From an uncultured delta proteobacterium (lineage in GTDB: Bacteria; Myxococcota_A; Polyangia; Palsa-1104), in the NCBI GenBank assembly GCA_963785725.1, contig CAWAWS010000029.1, forward strand, positions 32,001 to 96,000: a DNA stretch of 64,000 bases, given 5' to 3'. The position numbers were made by a program, and so were the translations under genes. Shown here piece by piece: positions 18,295 through 27,850 of this stretch. Every line of letters starts with the position of its first letter. The first letter of the stretch is position 1. The notes below the pieces were generated by a model. That model did no database searches and was not told where the DNA came from. It was given only the letters and a program-made list of their open reading frames with translations.

Positions 18295-20406
18295 TTAGCG
18301 TGGCGCGGCTAACAATCCGTCGCCTAGCTTTGCAACCGGCTTGCCAGCATCACCGGCGCCGACCACACCGCGCGTCACGAAGGGAACCGAAGGATCGAGC
18401 TCGCGGTAGGACATGACCGACATGCCCGGCGCGTAGCGCTGAACGACCGCGGAGACCTGACGGCGAACATCGGGGGCCACGACCAACAGGGGCGGCTCGT
18501 CGCGCTCGCTCGACTGGCGCGCCGCCGTCTCGATGGCGGTGGCGAGGCGCGACAGCGCGTTGGCGTCGGCGCCGCGACCGCCGCGGAAGAGCTCCTCGGC
18601 GCGCGGGTCGAGCACGAGCGCGCGCAGCTCGCCGGCCGCGGTCAACTGCGCGCCAGTAATTTGACGCGCCAGCCGCTGGCGCACGAGCTCCACCAGCTGT
18701 TCCGGCTCTTTGACCTTGGCCGCGTGATCCGCCAGCGTCTCCAAGATCGAGCGCAGATCGCGGATCGAAATGCCCTCTTGCAGGAGCAGCTTCAAGACTT
18801 TGATGACTTCGCCGAGCGGCAACAGGTGCGGCACCAGCTCTTCGACGACCTTGCCGTTCGTCTTGCCGGCGAGCTCGAGCAGCTCCTGCGCCTCTTTGCG
18901 GCCCATCAGCTCATGCGCGTGGCGGCGCACGACCTCGGTCAAATGCGTCGCGATGACCGCGCTCGGATCGACGACCGTGCAGCCGACCGCTTCCGCTTTG
19001 TTGCGATCGGTCGACGCGATCCAGCGCGCCGGCAGGCCGAATGTAGGCTCACGGACCTGCTCGCCCTGCAGTCCGTTGAGCGCGTTGCCGCCGGGCGAGA
19101 TCGCCAAAAGTCGCGACGCGCGCACTTCGCCTTCGCCAACTTTGACGCCGCTGATGAGCAGGCGATAGCCGCCCGGCTTCAGCCGTAAATCGTCTTTGAC
19201 GTGGACGAGCGGCACCATCAGGCCCAATTCCACGGCCATCTGCTTGCGCAGGCCGGCGATGCGGCCGAGCAGCTCACCCGAGCGCGCCGCGTCGACGAGC
19301 GGCAAGAGGTCCAAGCCGACTTCGAGCGAGAGCAGCTCGAGCGGCAGGATGGTCTCGATCTCGTGCTTCTGCGCCGCCGGATCGTTCGCCTTCGGCGCCG
19401 CCGTGCCGCCCGCTTTGACCGGCTTCAGCGCCGCTTTCTGGTCGTCCGAGGTCTTCTTCGCGAGCCAAAACGCGCCGCCGGCCAGCGCCAAGAACGAGAT
19501 GTGCGGCATGCCGGGAACGAGGCCGAGCGCGCCCAAGATCGCGCCCGCCGCCTGCGTCGCCTGCGAGCGCGAGAACAGCTGGGCGCCCGCCGACACGCCC
19601 GTCGCCGCGCCGCGCGTCGTCAACAAGGCCGCGCCCGTCGAGATGAGCAGCGCCGGCAACTGCGAGACGAGACCGTCGCCGATCGAGAGCGTCGTGAACG
19701 TCTTGGCCGCGTCGCCGAAGGACATGCCTTGCTGCGCGACGCCGATGATCATGCCGCCGAGAATGTTGATGCCGACGATGAGGAGGCCGGCGACGGCGTC
19801 GCCGCGCACGAACTTCGACGCGCCGTCCATGGCGCCGTGAAAGTCGGCTTCGTGCTCGATGTTGGCGCGACGCGCGCGCGCCTCTTTGTCGTTGATGAGG
19901 CCGGCGCCCAAGTCGGCGTCGATGGCCATCTGCTTGCCGGGCATCGAGTCGAGCGTGAAGCGGGCGGCGACTTCGCTGATGCGCTCGGCGCCTTTGGTGA
20001 TGACGATGAAGTTGATGATGACGAGGATCAAGAAGACGACGGCACCGACGACGAAGTTGCCGCCGACGGCGAACTCGCCGAACGCGTGAATGACGCCGCC
20101 GGCGGCGTCGAGGCCTTCGCCGCCATGCAACAAGATGCGGCGCGTGGACGCGATGTTCAGCGCCAAGCGGAGCAGCGTCACCATCAGCAGCGTCGACGGG
20201 AACGACGAGAAATCGAGCGGCTTCTCGACGTGCAAGGCGACGAGGAAGATGAGCAGCGACAAGCACAAGCTCGCGCCGAGCAGCAAATCGAGCACGAACG
20301 CCGGCAGCGGCACGACCGCCAAGCCGAGCACGCCGATCATCGCGAAGACGGTGGCGACGCTGCGCCAAGCAGCCGGCGGCGTCGACGGAGCGGAAGGCGT
20401 GCTCAC
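18295..20406 (-). CDS. flhA: Export gate protein FlhA
   Basis: FSSFP, RISEVAARFTLDSMPGKQMAIDADL, GAMDGASKFVRGDA. Confidence 0.97.
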   Translation of the reverse strand: MSTPSAPSTPPAAWRSVATVFAMIGVLGLAVVPLPAFVLDLLLGASLCLSLLIFLVALHVEKPLDFSSFPSTLLMVTLLRLALNIASTRRILLHGGEGLDAAGGVIHAFGEFAVGGNFVVGAVVFLILVIINFIVITKGAERISEVAARFTLDSMPGKQMAIDADLGAGLINDKEARARRANIEHEADFHGAMDGASKFVRGDAVAGLLIVGINILGGMIIGVAQQGMSFGDAAKTFTTLSIGDGLVSQLPALLISTGAALLTTRGAATGVSAGAQLFSRSQATQAAGAILGALGLVPGMPHISFLALAGGAFWLAKKTSDDQKAALKPVKAGGTAAPKANDPAAQKHEIETILPLELLSLEVGLDLLPLVDAARSGELLGRIAGLRKQMAVELGLMVPLVHVKDDLRLKPGGYRLLISGVKVGEGEVRASRLLAISPGGNALNGLQGEQVREPTFGLPARWIASTDRNKAEAVGCTVVDPSAVIATHLTEVVRRHAHELMGRKEAQELLELAGKTNGKVVEELVPHLLPLGEVIKVLKLLLQEGISIRDLRSILETLADHAAKVKEPEQLVELVRQRLARQITGAQLTAAGELRALVLDPRAEELFRGGRGADANALSRLATAIETAARQSSERDEPPLLVVAPDVRRQVSAVVQRYAPGMSVMSYRELDPSVPFVTRGVVGAGDAGKPVAKLGDGLLAAPR

Positions 20407-20494
20407 TGGGGCACCTTCTCGGTGCCCCGTGAGCAGGCCGATCGATCCGCTGGCCCTGCGTGCCGGACGCTCACATTCGCTCGCTGACGCTCAC

Positions 20495-21553
20495 TCATGA
20501 GTTTCTCCCGCGCAGGCGATAGACGTACGCCAACACTTCAGCGACGGCCTGGAAGAGCTGCCCGGGGATCTCTTTGCCCTCGGGGACCAGCTTGTGAATG
20601 AGTCGCGTCAACGGCGGCTCGGCGATGATGGGGATGCCCGCTTTGCGCGCGATCTCGCGGATGCGCTCGGCCACCGCGCCGCGGCCTTTGGCCACCACGC
20701 GCGGCGCGCGATCCTCGGTCGAGTCGTAGCGAATCGCGACGGCGTATTCGGTCGGGTTGACGAGCACGACGTCTGCAGTAGGCACGGCCTGTGCCAGTCG
20801 CCGACGCGCCAATTCACGCATGCGCCGGCGCCGTTTGCCTTTGATCTGTGGGTCGCCCTCCGACTCCCGGTGCTCGCGCTTCATCTCCTCGCGCGTCATG
20901 CGCATGCGCGACATGAGGTCGCGTTTTTGCTGGATGAAATCGACCGCCGACAGCAGCAACAGGGCCGAGCCCGCCGTCAACATGAGCGCGCGGCACAGGC
21001 TCGCCAACAGATGCCCGAGCTCCGACGACGACGGCGGCGCACCATGTGCGACGCGCTGCCAGCCGCCGGCCAGCGCCAAACTTGCCGCGGCGCCGACGAA
21101 CAAGAGCTTCGCCAGCGACTTCAAGGTGCGTCCGATGCCGGCTTTGGGCGAGAGCAGCCCACCCAATCCGCCGAGCTTGAAGGGCTTGGTGAAATCGGGC
21201 GTCGGCGCGCGCAGCGCCGGCGGCCAGCCGAGCTGAAGGCCGATGGCGATGATCGCCGCCAAGCAGGCGCAGATCATCACCGGCGACACGAGCCCGAAGA
21301 ACAGCGACAGCGCGTCCTTGGTCACCAGCATCGGCGACGCCGTGTCGAGCTGCTCGAGCGGCCGCTGCATGATGCGCACGAGCTTGTCGGCGGCGCCGCC
21401 CGCGCTCACGAGCAGACCGATGACGGCGCCGATGAACGTCGTGGCCGAGACCAGATCGCGCGACAGGGCGACTTCGCCGCGCTTGCGGAACTCGTTGATC
21501 CGCTTCTGTGTCGGTGCGTGTGTCCGGCTGTCTTTGTCCTCGGGAGCGGCCAT
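20495..21553 (-). CDS. flhB: Export switch protein FlhB
   Basis: RTHAPT, EGDPQIK, NPTE autocleavage loop, APRVVAKG. Confidence 0.95.
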   Translation of the reverse strand: MAAPEDKDSRTHAPTQKRINEFRKRGEVALSRDLVSATTFIGAVIGLLVSAGGAADKLVRIMQRPLEQLDTASPMLVTKDALSLFFGLVSPVMICACLAAIIAIGLQLGWPPALRAPTPDFTKPFKLGGLGGLLSPKAGIGRTLKSLAKLLFVGAAASLALAGGWQRVAHGAPPSSSELGHLLASLCRALMLTAGSALLLLSAVDFIQQKRDLMSRMRMTREEMKREHRESEGDPQIKGKRRRRMRELARRRLAQAVPTADVVLVNPTEYAVAIRYDSTEDRAPRVVAKGRGAVAERIREIARKAGIPIIAEPPLTRLIHKLVPEGKEIPGQLFQAVAEVLAYVYRLRGRNS

Positions 21554-22273
21554 TTAGCGTCCGAGGACCTGCGCCGGCGCTTCCGCCGCCATGCGCGCGT
21601 CGCCGCTGAATTCACGAATGAGCGACGGCGCCGACGCCGTCATGACCAGCGCGCCGACGACGAGGATGGCCGACAGCATGACGGCGAAGATGTTCATCTG
21701 CGGTGCCGCGCGCGACGCCAACGCCACGCCCAAGTTGGCGACCAGCGCCGCCACCAACATCGGCGCCGCGCCGCGCAGGCCGAGCACGAGCACTTGGCCG
21801 GTGCGGTCGACGATGGCCGGCAGCGACTGCGTCGCGTCGGTCGACACCGCCAGGGCGCGAATCGACAGCTCCAAGCCGCCCGTCGCCAGAAACGCCAAGC
21901 AGGCCAACACGTAGGCGATGCGCCGCGTCGGCAGCTCCTGCTCGTGCGTGCTCGGGTCGAGCGTGTTGGCGAAGTTCAGGTCGAGGTGAATGCCGATGAG
22001 CTGGCCGGCCGTCTCCGCGCCGTAAATGCACAGGCGCGACGTGAAGCCGGCGACGAGCCCGAGCAGCAGCTCTTGCGGCAACACGTCGAAGAGCGCGCCC
22101 AAGTCACGCAGCGGATGCAGCGGCGCGATGACGATGGCGACGAGCGCGGCGACGGCGACGCGGACGCGACGGTTGAGCGCGGTGTCGCTGACGAGCGGGG
22201 CGGTCTGCAGCCAGGCGGCGACGCGAGCGAAGGCCGCCACGTACGCCGCCAGCTCGGCCTGGCCGAAGTGCAT
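21554..22273 (-). CDS. fliR: Export gate protein FliR
   Basis: Multi-TM; ELLLG, AGQLIG, SRAAPQMNIF. Confidence 0.9.
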   Translation of the reverse strand: MHFGQAELAAYVAAFARVAAWLQTAPLVSDTALNRRVRVAVAALVAIVIAPLHPLRDLGALFDVLPQELLLGLVAGFTSRLCIYGAETAGQLIGIHLDLNFANTLDPSTHEQELPTRRIAYVLACLAFLATGGLELSIRALAVSTDATQSLPAIVDRTGQVLVLGLRGAAPMLVAALVANLGVALASRAAPQMNIFAVMLSAILVVGALVMTASAPSLIREFSGDARMAAEAPAQVLGR

Positions 22274-22551
22274 CAGGGCTGCTCGGCACCCACGTGCGCG
22301 ATGGCCTCGGCCGTGCGCTCGGTGTAGCGCGTCAGCTGCGCCAGCGCCCACGGGCCGGCCAGCGTCAACACCAGCGCCAGCGCCGCCAGCTTGGGCACGA
22401 ACGTCAGCACGTTCTCCTGCAGCTGCGTCGCCGCTTGCACGACCGCCATCACCAGGCCGACGCAGAGCGCCAGCACGATGAACGGCGCCGCGACCATGAT
22501 CGTCGTCACCAGCGCGTTACGCCAAAGGTCATAGATTACCTGTTCGCTCAC
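22273..22551 (-). CDS. fliQ: Export gate protein FliQ
   Basis: QAATQLQENVLTFVPK. Confidence 0.94.
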   Translation of the reverse strand: MSEQVIYDLWRNALVTTIMVAAPFIVLALCVGLVMAVVQAATQLQENVLTFVPKLAALALVLTLAGPWALAQLTRYTERTAEAIAHVGAEQP

Positions 22552-23207
22552 GACATCATCCCGCGCAAAAGAGAACGAACGATGAGGTGCCAGCCGTCGG
22601 CAGCGACGAAGACGAGCAGCTTGATCGGCATGGAGATGACGGCGGGCGGCATCATCATGAGGCCCATCGCCGACAAGATCGTCGCCACCACCAAGTCGAT
22701 GACGAGGAAGGGCAACAGCACCATCAGCCCCATCTGGAACGCCGTGCGCAGCTCCGACAGCGCGAACGCCGGCACGCAGATGCGCAGCGGCACGTCGGCG
22801 GCGTTGCGCGGCCGCGGCAGCTTGGAGACCTCGTAAAACAGGCCGAGATCCTGCTGCCGCGTGTGGCGCAGGAGGAACGTGCGCACCGGCGGCGTGGCCG
22901 CGTCGAGCGCCTGCTCTTCGTCGAGCTTGCCGGCCAAGTAGGGCTGCAGGCCGTCCGCGTAGACCTTGCTGGCGACGGGCGCCATGACGAACGCCGTCAT
23001 GAACAGCGCCAGCCCGACGAGCACTTGGCTCGGCGGCGCGCCCTGCGTGCCGAGGCCGGTCTTGAGCATCGAGAAGACGATGATGAAGCGCGCGAAGCAG
23101 GTGCAGGTCAGGACGATGCCGGGCAGCATCGTCACCAGCGACAGGACGATCGCCATCTGCACGCCGCTCGTCGGCGTCAGCGCGGCATGTGCAGCAGCCG
23201 TGTTCAC
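22548..23207 (-). CDS. fliP: Export gate protein FliP
   Basis: TCFARFIIV, PPSQVL, PAFALSEL, MMMPP, FVAADGW; GTG start overlaps the fliO stop. Confidence 0.95.
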   Translation of the reverse strand: MNTAAAHAALTPTSGVQMAIVLSLVTMLPGIVLTCTCFARFIIVFSMLKTGLGTQGAPPSQVLVGLALFMTAFVMAPVASKVYADGLQPYLAGKLDEEQALDAATPPVRTFLLRHTRQQDLGLFYEVSKLPRPRNAADVPLRICVPAFALSELRTAFQMGLMVLLPFLVIDLVVATILSAMGLMMMPPAVISMPIKLLVFVAADGWHLIVRSLLRGMMS

Positions 23208-24454
23208 GACTTCACGCGCCCCACGGCGCGGCGCAGCGCATCGCCCCATTCGGTCGGGCCGTTGCTGCCGTCGTTGTTGGCGTGGCTGGCGTTGGCATCG
23301 GCGCGCAGCTTCAAGAGGCCCGCGATCGCCGAGTTCGACGACGTCGAGACCGTCGACACCGTCGGAATCGAGGTCGCCGTCGACGTCAAATGCACGACGG
23401 CCGAGTCGCTACGCGACGTCTCCACATGGTGTATCGGGTGCTGCGAGGTCGGCTCGCGGAACGACGCTTCGGCCCGCGCCGGCGCTTCGTCGATGGGGAA
23501 ATCGAGGTCTTCGTCGTTGCCGTCGGCTTCGTGGTCGCGGCCGTTGTCGGCGCCGACCGCGGCCACGGCCGCTTCCAAGTTGGCGACGACGCGCGTCGTC
23601 TGGTCGTTCACCGCGAGCAAGATGCGCTTGCCGTCGGCCTCGACGATCATGAGCTTGGCCTTGCCGCCCAGCGACTGCGACGCCAGCACCTTCAACAGCG
23701 GCTCCTGAACCTTGCCGCCGCCGCGACGCTTCTGCGCGAACAGGAGCGCCGGCACGCCGATGATCAGCGTCAATAGCACCCACCACGCCGTACGCGGGTT
23801 GGCCTTGTGGTCGTCGAGCAGCGAATCGGTCGACACCTGCTCCTTGGCGACGGGAATGCCCAGCTGCTCGGCCGGCACGATCGCGATCGCCGGCGTCTTG
23901 GCTTCGCTCTTCGCGTCGATCTTCGCGTCCGGCTTGGCTTCGAGCTTCGCTTCCGGTTTGGCTTCGCTCTTCGCGCTCGGCGTCTTGGCGACGGGCGCGG
24001 CAATCGCCGCCGCCTCCGCCGCCGGCGCGACCGGCGTCGTCGCGACCGGCGCCGCAGCGACGGCAGCCGCGGTCGCGACCGGCGCCGAGCCGCTCGGCTG
24101 GCGCGGAATGATCAGCTTCAAGCTGCCGTTGGCATCCTGCGCGATGGTCGCCGCCGCGATGCGCTCGGTCGTGTGCTTCGAGTGATGCAGCCGGACGATC
24201 AACCGCGCGTGGGCGCCGCCGATGAGGTCGATGTGCTTGACCGTGGCGTCGTCGGCGTCGACGTGCGCGCTCGCGTCCGTCGCCGCCAGCGGAATCTCCA
24301 GCATGTCGCCGTGCGCGACGACGGCGCCGGCGGCCTTGACGCCCGCGGCGCTGATGACGACGCGGTGGTCGCCCGAGCCGTCGAAGTCGACCGGCGCCGA
24401 CAGCGCGACCGTCGCCGTCAACAGCACCGTCGCGACCAAGAACGCGCGAATCAC
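23204..24454 (-). CDS. fliO: Extended FliO-family protein with a large periplasmic N-terminus
   Basis: Between fliN and fliP; signal peptide, periplasmic domain, EAK/DAK repeat linker, TM, LKVLASQSLGGKAKLMIVEADGKRILLAV core. Confidence 0.75.
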   Translation of the reverse strand: MIRAFLVATVLLTATVALSAPVDFDGSGDHRVVISAAGVKAAGAVVAHGDMLEIPLAATDASAHVDADDATVKHIDLIGGAHARLIVRLHHSKHTTERIAAATIAQDANGSLKLIIPRQPSGSAPVATAAAVAAAPVATTPVAPAAEAAAIAAPVAKTPSAKSEAKPEAKLEAKPDAKIDAKSEAKTPAIAIVPAEQLGIPVAKEQVSTDSLLDDHKANPRTAWWVLLTLIIGVPALLFAQKRRGGGKVQEPLLKVLASQSLGGKAKLMIVEADGKRILLAVNDQTTRVVANLEAAVAAVGADNGRDHEADGNDEDLDFPIDEAPARAEASFREPTSQHPIHHVETSRSDSAVVHLTSTATSIPTVSTVSTSSNSAIAGLLKLRADANASHANNDGSNGPTEWGDALRRAVGRVKS

Positions 24455-24738
24455 GAGTTGCGCCCCGACGGCTCGACGATCTCGACGATGCGGACGCCGT
24501 AACGATCGCCGACGGCCACCGCTTCACCGCGCGCCACCAGCCGATCGTTGATGCGCACGTCCAGCTTGTCGCCGGTGAGCGTCGTCAGCGGAATGATCGA
24601 GCCCGGCCCGAGCCGTCCCGCGATCTCGCGCAGCGTCAGCATGACGCGACCGAGCTCGACGGAGAGCTCGAGCGGCACGTCACCGAGCATGGCTTCGAAC
24701 GACGGATCGGCAGCGGCCTTGTTCACCGGGTCACTCAT
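24451..24738 (-). CDS. fliN: C-ring protein FliN
   Basis: DVPLELSVELG, LVARGEAVAVGDRYGVRI. Confidence 0.92.
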   Translation of the reverse strand: MSDPVNKAAADPSFEAMLGDVPLELSVELGRVMLTLREIAGRLGPGSIIPLTTLTGDKLDVRINDRLVARGEAVAVGDRYGVRIVEIVEPSGRNS

Positions 24739-25665
24739 TTACTCGTCCTCCACATCGACAATTTTCACGGCCAAGACGCCGCGGCTCACGATCACGGTGG
24801 CGTGACCGACCAGGCGTCCGGCGACATAAATCGGGAGCGGCTCGTCGACGGCGCGATCGAGCATCACCAGCGCGCCCGGCTGCAGCGACGCCACCTCCGA
24901 CATCGACAGCGTCGCCGAGCCGAGGTCGGCGCGCAGCTCGATCGGCACTTCGCCGAGCACGGCGCGGATGGTCGCCGGGCTCGCCGGCACGACCTTGAGC
25001 GCCGGCGGCGGCATGACCAGCGTCTCCGGCCGCGCCCACAAGCGCACGCGGCCCGTCGTCCAGCCGGAGATGTCGAGCGTCAGCTCGACGATGGAATCGG
25101 TCTCGCCGAGCGCGCGGCGCCAGGCCTCGCCGTCGGCGGAGACGGTGCGCACGTCGCAGGCCTGCTCGTCGCGCCACGCCTCGGTCAGCGCCAGCAAGAT
25201 CGACTCACCGACGGGCGCGAAGATGCGCAAGGAGGCCTTGGACGGCGCGCGATCGGTGCCCGGATCGTTCGAGCCCAACATCTTGGCGCCCAAGCCTTCG
25301 ACCATCGCGCCCGACACCGACACCAGCGCTTGGCCGGCGCGGCCGCCGATCTCGATGGCGTTGGCCCAGGCGATGGCGAGCTGCTCTTTGAACAGCGACG
25401 AATCGGCCAAGTCGGCCGCCTTGGCTTCGATCTCGAGCTTGACGTTGCACTTGCGGCCGAGGCGCGTCTTCATGAGCTGCGCCCAGCGCTGCCCGAGCTT
25501 CAGCGCGTCGGGGCGCGCGCGGTCGGCCGAGCGATCGTCGGCGATGAGCGCGATCGGCGTCGCTTCGCCGGGCGGGCCCGACGTCTGCGCGCTGCCGGCT
25601 TTGTCGCCGCCAATCGCGCTGCGAATCGCTGCCACTTCTGCCGGGTCGAGAACTGCGAGATCCAT
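24739..25665 (-). CDS. fliM: C-ring protein FliM (divergent)
   Basis: N-terminal LDPAEVAAI (LSQxEIDALL-like), C-terminal SpoA domain; upstream of fliN. Confidence 0.82.
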   Translation of the reverse strand: MDLAVLDPAEVAAIRSAIGGDKAGSAQTSGPPGEATPIALIADDRSADRARPDALKLGQRWAQLMKTRLGRKCNVKLEIEAKAADLADSSLFKEQLAIAWANAIEIGGRAGQALVSVSGAMVEGLGAKMLGSNDPGTDRAPSKASLRIFAPVGESILLALTEAWRDEQACDVRTVSADGEAWRRALGETDSIVELTLDISGWTTGRVRLWARPETLVMPPPALKVVPASPATIRAVLGEVPIELRADLGSATLSMSEVASLQPGALVMLDRAVDEPLPIYVAGRLVGHATVIVSRGVLAVKIVDVEDE

Positions 25666-25683
25666 GACGGTGCCGGACGCTTG

Positions 25684-25700
25684 TGCAAAGCCGAGGCCGA
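25684..25700 (-). promoter_or_regulatory. sigma54 (-24/-12) promoter of the fliM operon
   Basis: Minus strand TCGGCCTCGGCTTTGCA = GG-N10-GC, 18 nt upstream of the fliM start. Confidence 0.7.
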
Positions 25701-25743
25701 CGTCACAGCCGCGAATTCAGCGGAGTTGGCAGCGCCCGTGAAA

Positions 25744-25767
25744 TTGGCGACCGTCAAAATCGCCGAC
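25744..25767. promoter_or_regulatory. Putative enhancer site for the sigma54 activator
   Basis: TTGGCGACCGTCAAAATCGCCGAC; close reverse-complement copy at 35604-35626 upstream of flgB. Confidence 0.55.
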
Positions 25768-25849
25768 GGGGGAAAGGTGAGACGAGGTGGTGGCGTTCGC
25801 GCAGCGAGGCGCGTGCGAGGAGCTACGAAATCAGCGAAGGCGAGGCGGG

Positions 25850-27137
25850 CTACGTCTGCTTCAGGTTGTCCACTTCCTGCAGCATCTGATCGGCCGTCTG
25901 CACCGTCTTCGAGTTGGCCGAGAAGGCGCGCTGATACGCGATCAAGGTCACCAGCTCCGACGAGAGATCGACGTTCGACTGCTCGAGCGCGCCCGACGTC
26001 GTCGAGCCGCGGCCACCGACACCGGCGGCGTCGACGAGCGCCTGTCCCGACGTCTGCGACTGCGAGAACAGCTGGTCGCCTTGGCGCTGTAAGTTGTCCT
26101 GCGACGCGAAGGTCGCCAAGGCCAAGCGCGCGATCGAGCGCGACTCGCCGTTGGAGAACGTGCCGGTGACCGTGCCGTCGCTGCCGATGGTCACGTTGGA
26201 CAAGCTGCCGGCGGAGTAGCCGTCTTGGTTGACGGCGTTGACGGTCGAGGCGCTGGCGTACTGCGTCGTGCCCGCCAAGCCCGTGCCGCCGGCGGCGATC
26301 GGATCACCCATGTTGAACGTAATCGCTTGGTTGGGCGTCGCGTTCAAAAAATTGGCGCTCGACGTCAATGCATTGACGCTCTGTAACGAGCCGTCGGTAT
26401 TGAACGTCATGTTGCCGGACGCGATCTGCGTCGGCGTTCCCGGCGTGCCGCCGGTCAAGTCGCCGCCGTCGACGAGCGCGTGGTAATCCCACTGCCCGTT
26501 GCCGTTGTCGACGTAGTAGACGTCGACGCGGTGCGCGTCGCCGAGCGAGTCGTAGACCTCGGTCGAGGTCGAGTAGTTCGACGTCGCCGCGGGGTTCAGC
26601 GGATCGAACGGCGCCGTCGGCGTCGTCGAGGTCGAGTCGAGGTTGACGCCCATCGTCACTTCGGTCGTGGCGTTGGGCGGGCTGGCGCCGCCGATCGTCG
26701 AGATCGCCCGGCGTCGTCGACATCTTGCCGGTCGGGTCGATCGTGTAGCCCTGAACGTTCATGCCCTCTTCGTTGACGAGCGTGCCGGCGTCGTTGAGCG
26801 AGAACTGGCCGTCGCGCGTGTAGTAGCTGCCCTGTTGGCCGTCGTAGCTGCCGTTGACGACGAAGAAGCCGTTGCCGCTGATGGCGACGTCGAGGTTACG
26901 ACCGGTCGTCTCGAGCGAGCCCTGGCCGAACTGCGTCTGCGTGCCCGACATGCGCACGCCGTCGCCGACGTTCTGGCCGGCGAGCGTGGCGCCGCCGATG
27001 ACGTTGGAGAACTGTGCCTCCTCGTCTTTGTAGCCGACGGTGGACGCGTTGGAGATGTCATCGCCGACGACGCTGATGGCGTCACCGTGTGCTTCGAGGC
27101 CGCTGGCGCCGGTGTAGAGCGAAGTGAAGATCGACAT
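25850..27137 (-). CDS. flgE: Hook protein FlgE with a +1 frameshift near 26700 (probable sequencing error)
   Basis: N-part MSIFTSLYTGASGL...ISNASTVGYK...YTRDGQF; C-part VYDSLG...LEQSNVDLSSELV; span 1288 nt = 3n+1. Confidence 0.9.
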
Positions 27138-27150
27138 GGTCGTTTCCTTT

Positions 27151-27840
27151 CTAGTTTCCGATGGACAAGATGTCGGCCGGCGACACGCTCGACCCACCGA
27201 CGTTGAAGCTGGCATTGCCCGCGTTGAAGGTCAGCGAGCTGATGACGCCCTTGATTTCGGGCGTGGCATTGATGGTGCTCGAACCTTGGCTGGCCGTGAC
27301 TTGGACGGTGTAGCTGCCGGCCGGCAAGTTGCCGCCGCCCGCTGCCACCCAGTTGACGGCGTTGTCACCCGCGGCCATCGGTCCGACTTGCAGCGTCTTG
27401 ACCTTGTTGCCCGACGAATCGAGCACGTCGACCTCGACCTTGCTGGCCGCGCCGGAGAGGTTCAGCTGCAGCGACGGCGCCGTGATGCCGTCGCTGGTCA
27501 GCGTCGTCGCCTTGGCCGTGACCGTCTTGCCGACCAGCGAGGCCATGCTGGCGTTGGTGCTCGCCGACTGCGCCGCCGTCAAGCTGGTGAGCTCGGTGTT
27601 CGTCGTCGTGGCCGCTTGCAGCTGCGAGATCTGCGCGAGCTGCGTCACGAACTGCGTCGAATCGGTGGGCGCCGACGGATCTTGGTTCTTCAGCTGCGCC
27701 ACGAGGAGCTGCATGAACTCCGACTGCAGATCCGACGCCGACGGCGCACCCGACGACGAGCTCGACGACGATGTGCTCGTCGACGGCGTGCCGTTGATGC
27801 TGGCGAGCGTGCTCGATGAAATGGTTGAAGTCGTGCTCAT
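27151..27840 (-). CDS. flgD: Hook cap protein FlgD
   Basis: FMQLLVAQLKNQDPSAPTD...TQLAQIS. Confidence 0.95.
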   Translation of the reverse strand: MSTTSTISSSTLASINGTPSTSTSSSSSSSGAPSASDLQSEFMQLLVAQLKNQDPSAPTDSTQFVTQLAQISQLQAATTTNTELTSLTAAQSASTNASMASLVGKTVTAKATTLTSDGITAPSLQLNLSGAASKVEVDVLDSSGNKVKTLQVGPMAAGDNAVNWVAAGGGNLPAGSYTVQVTASQGSSTINATPEIKGVISSLTFNAGNASFNVGGSSVSPADILSIGN

Positions 27841-27850
27841 GGTCTCCTCG

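Noticed and set aside
26690..26710. Programmed ribosomal frameshift in flgE
   Set aside because: No slippery homopolymer or heptamer; similar single-base indels hit housekeeping genes such as eno and cls
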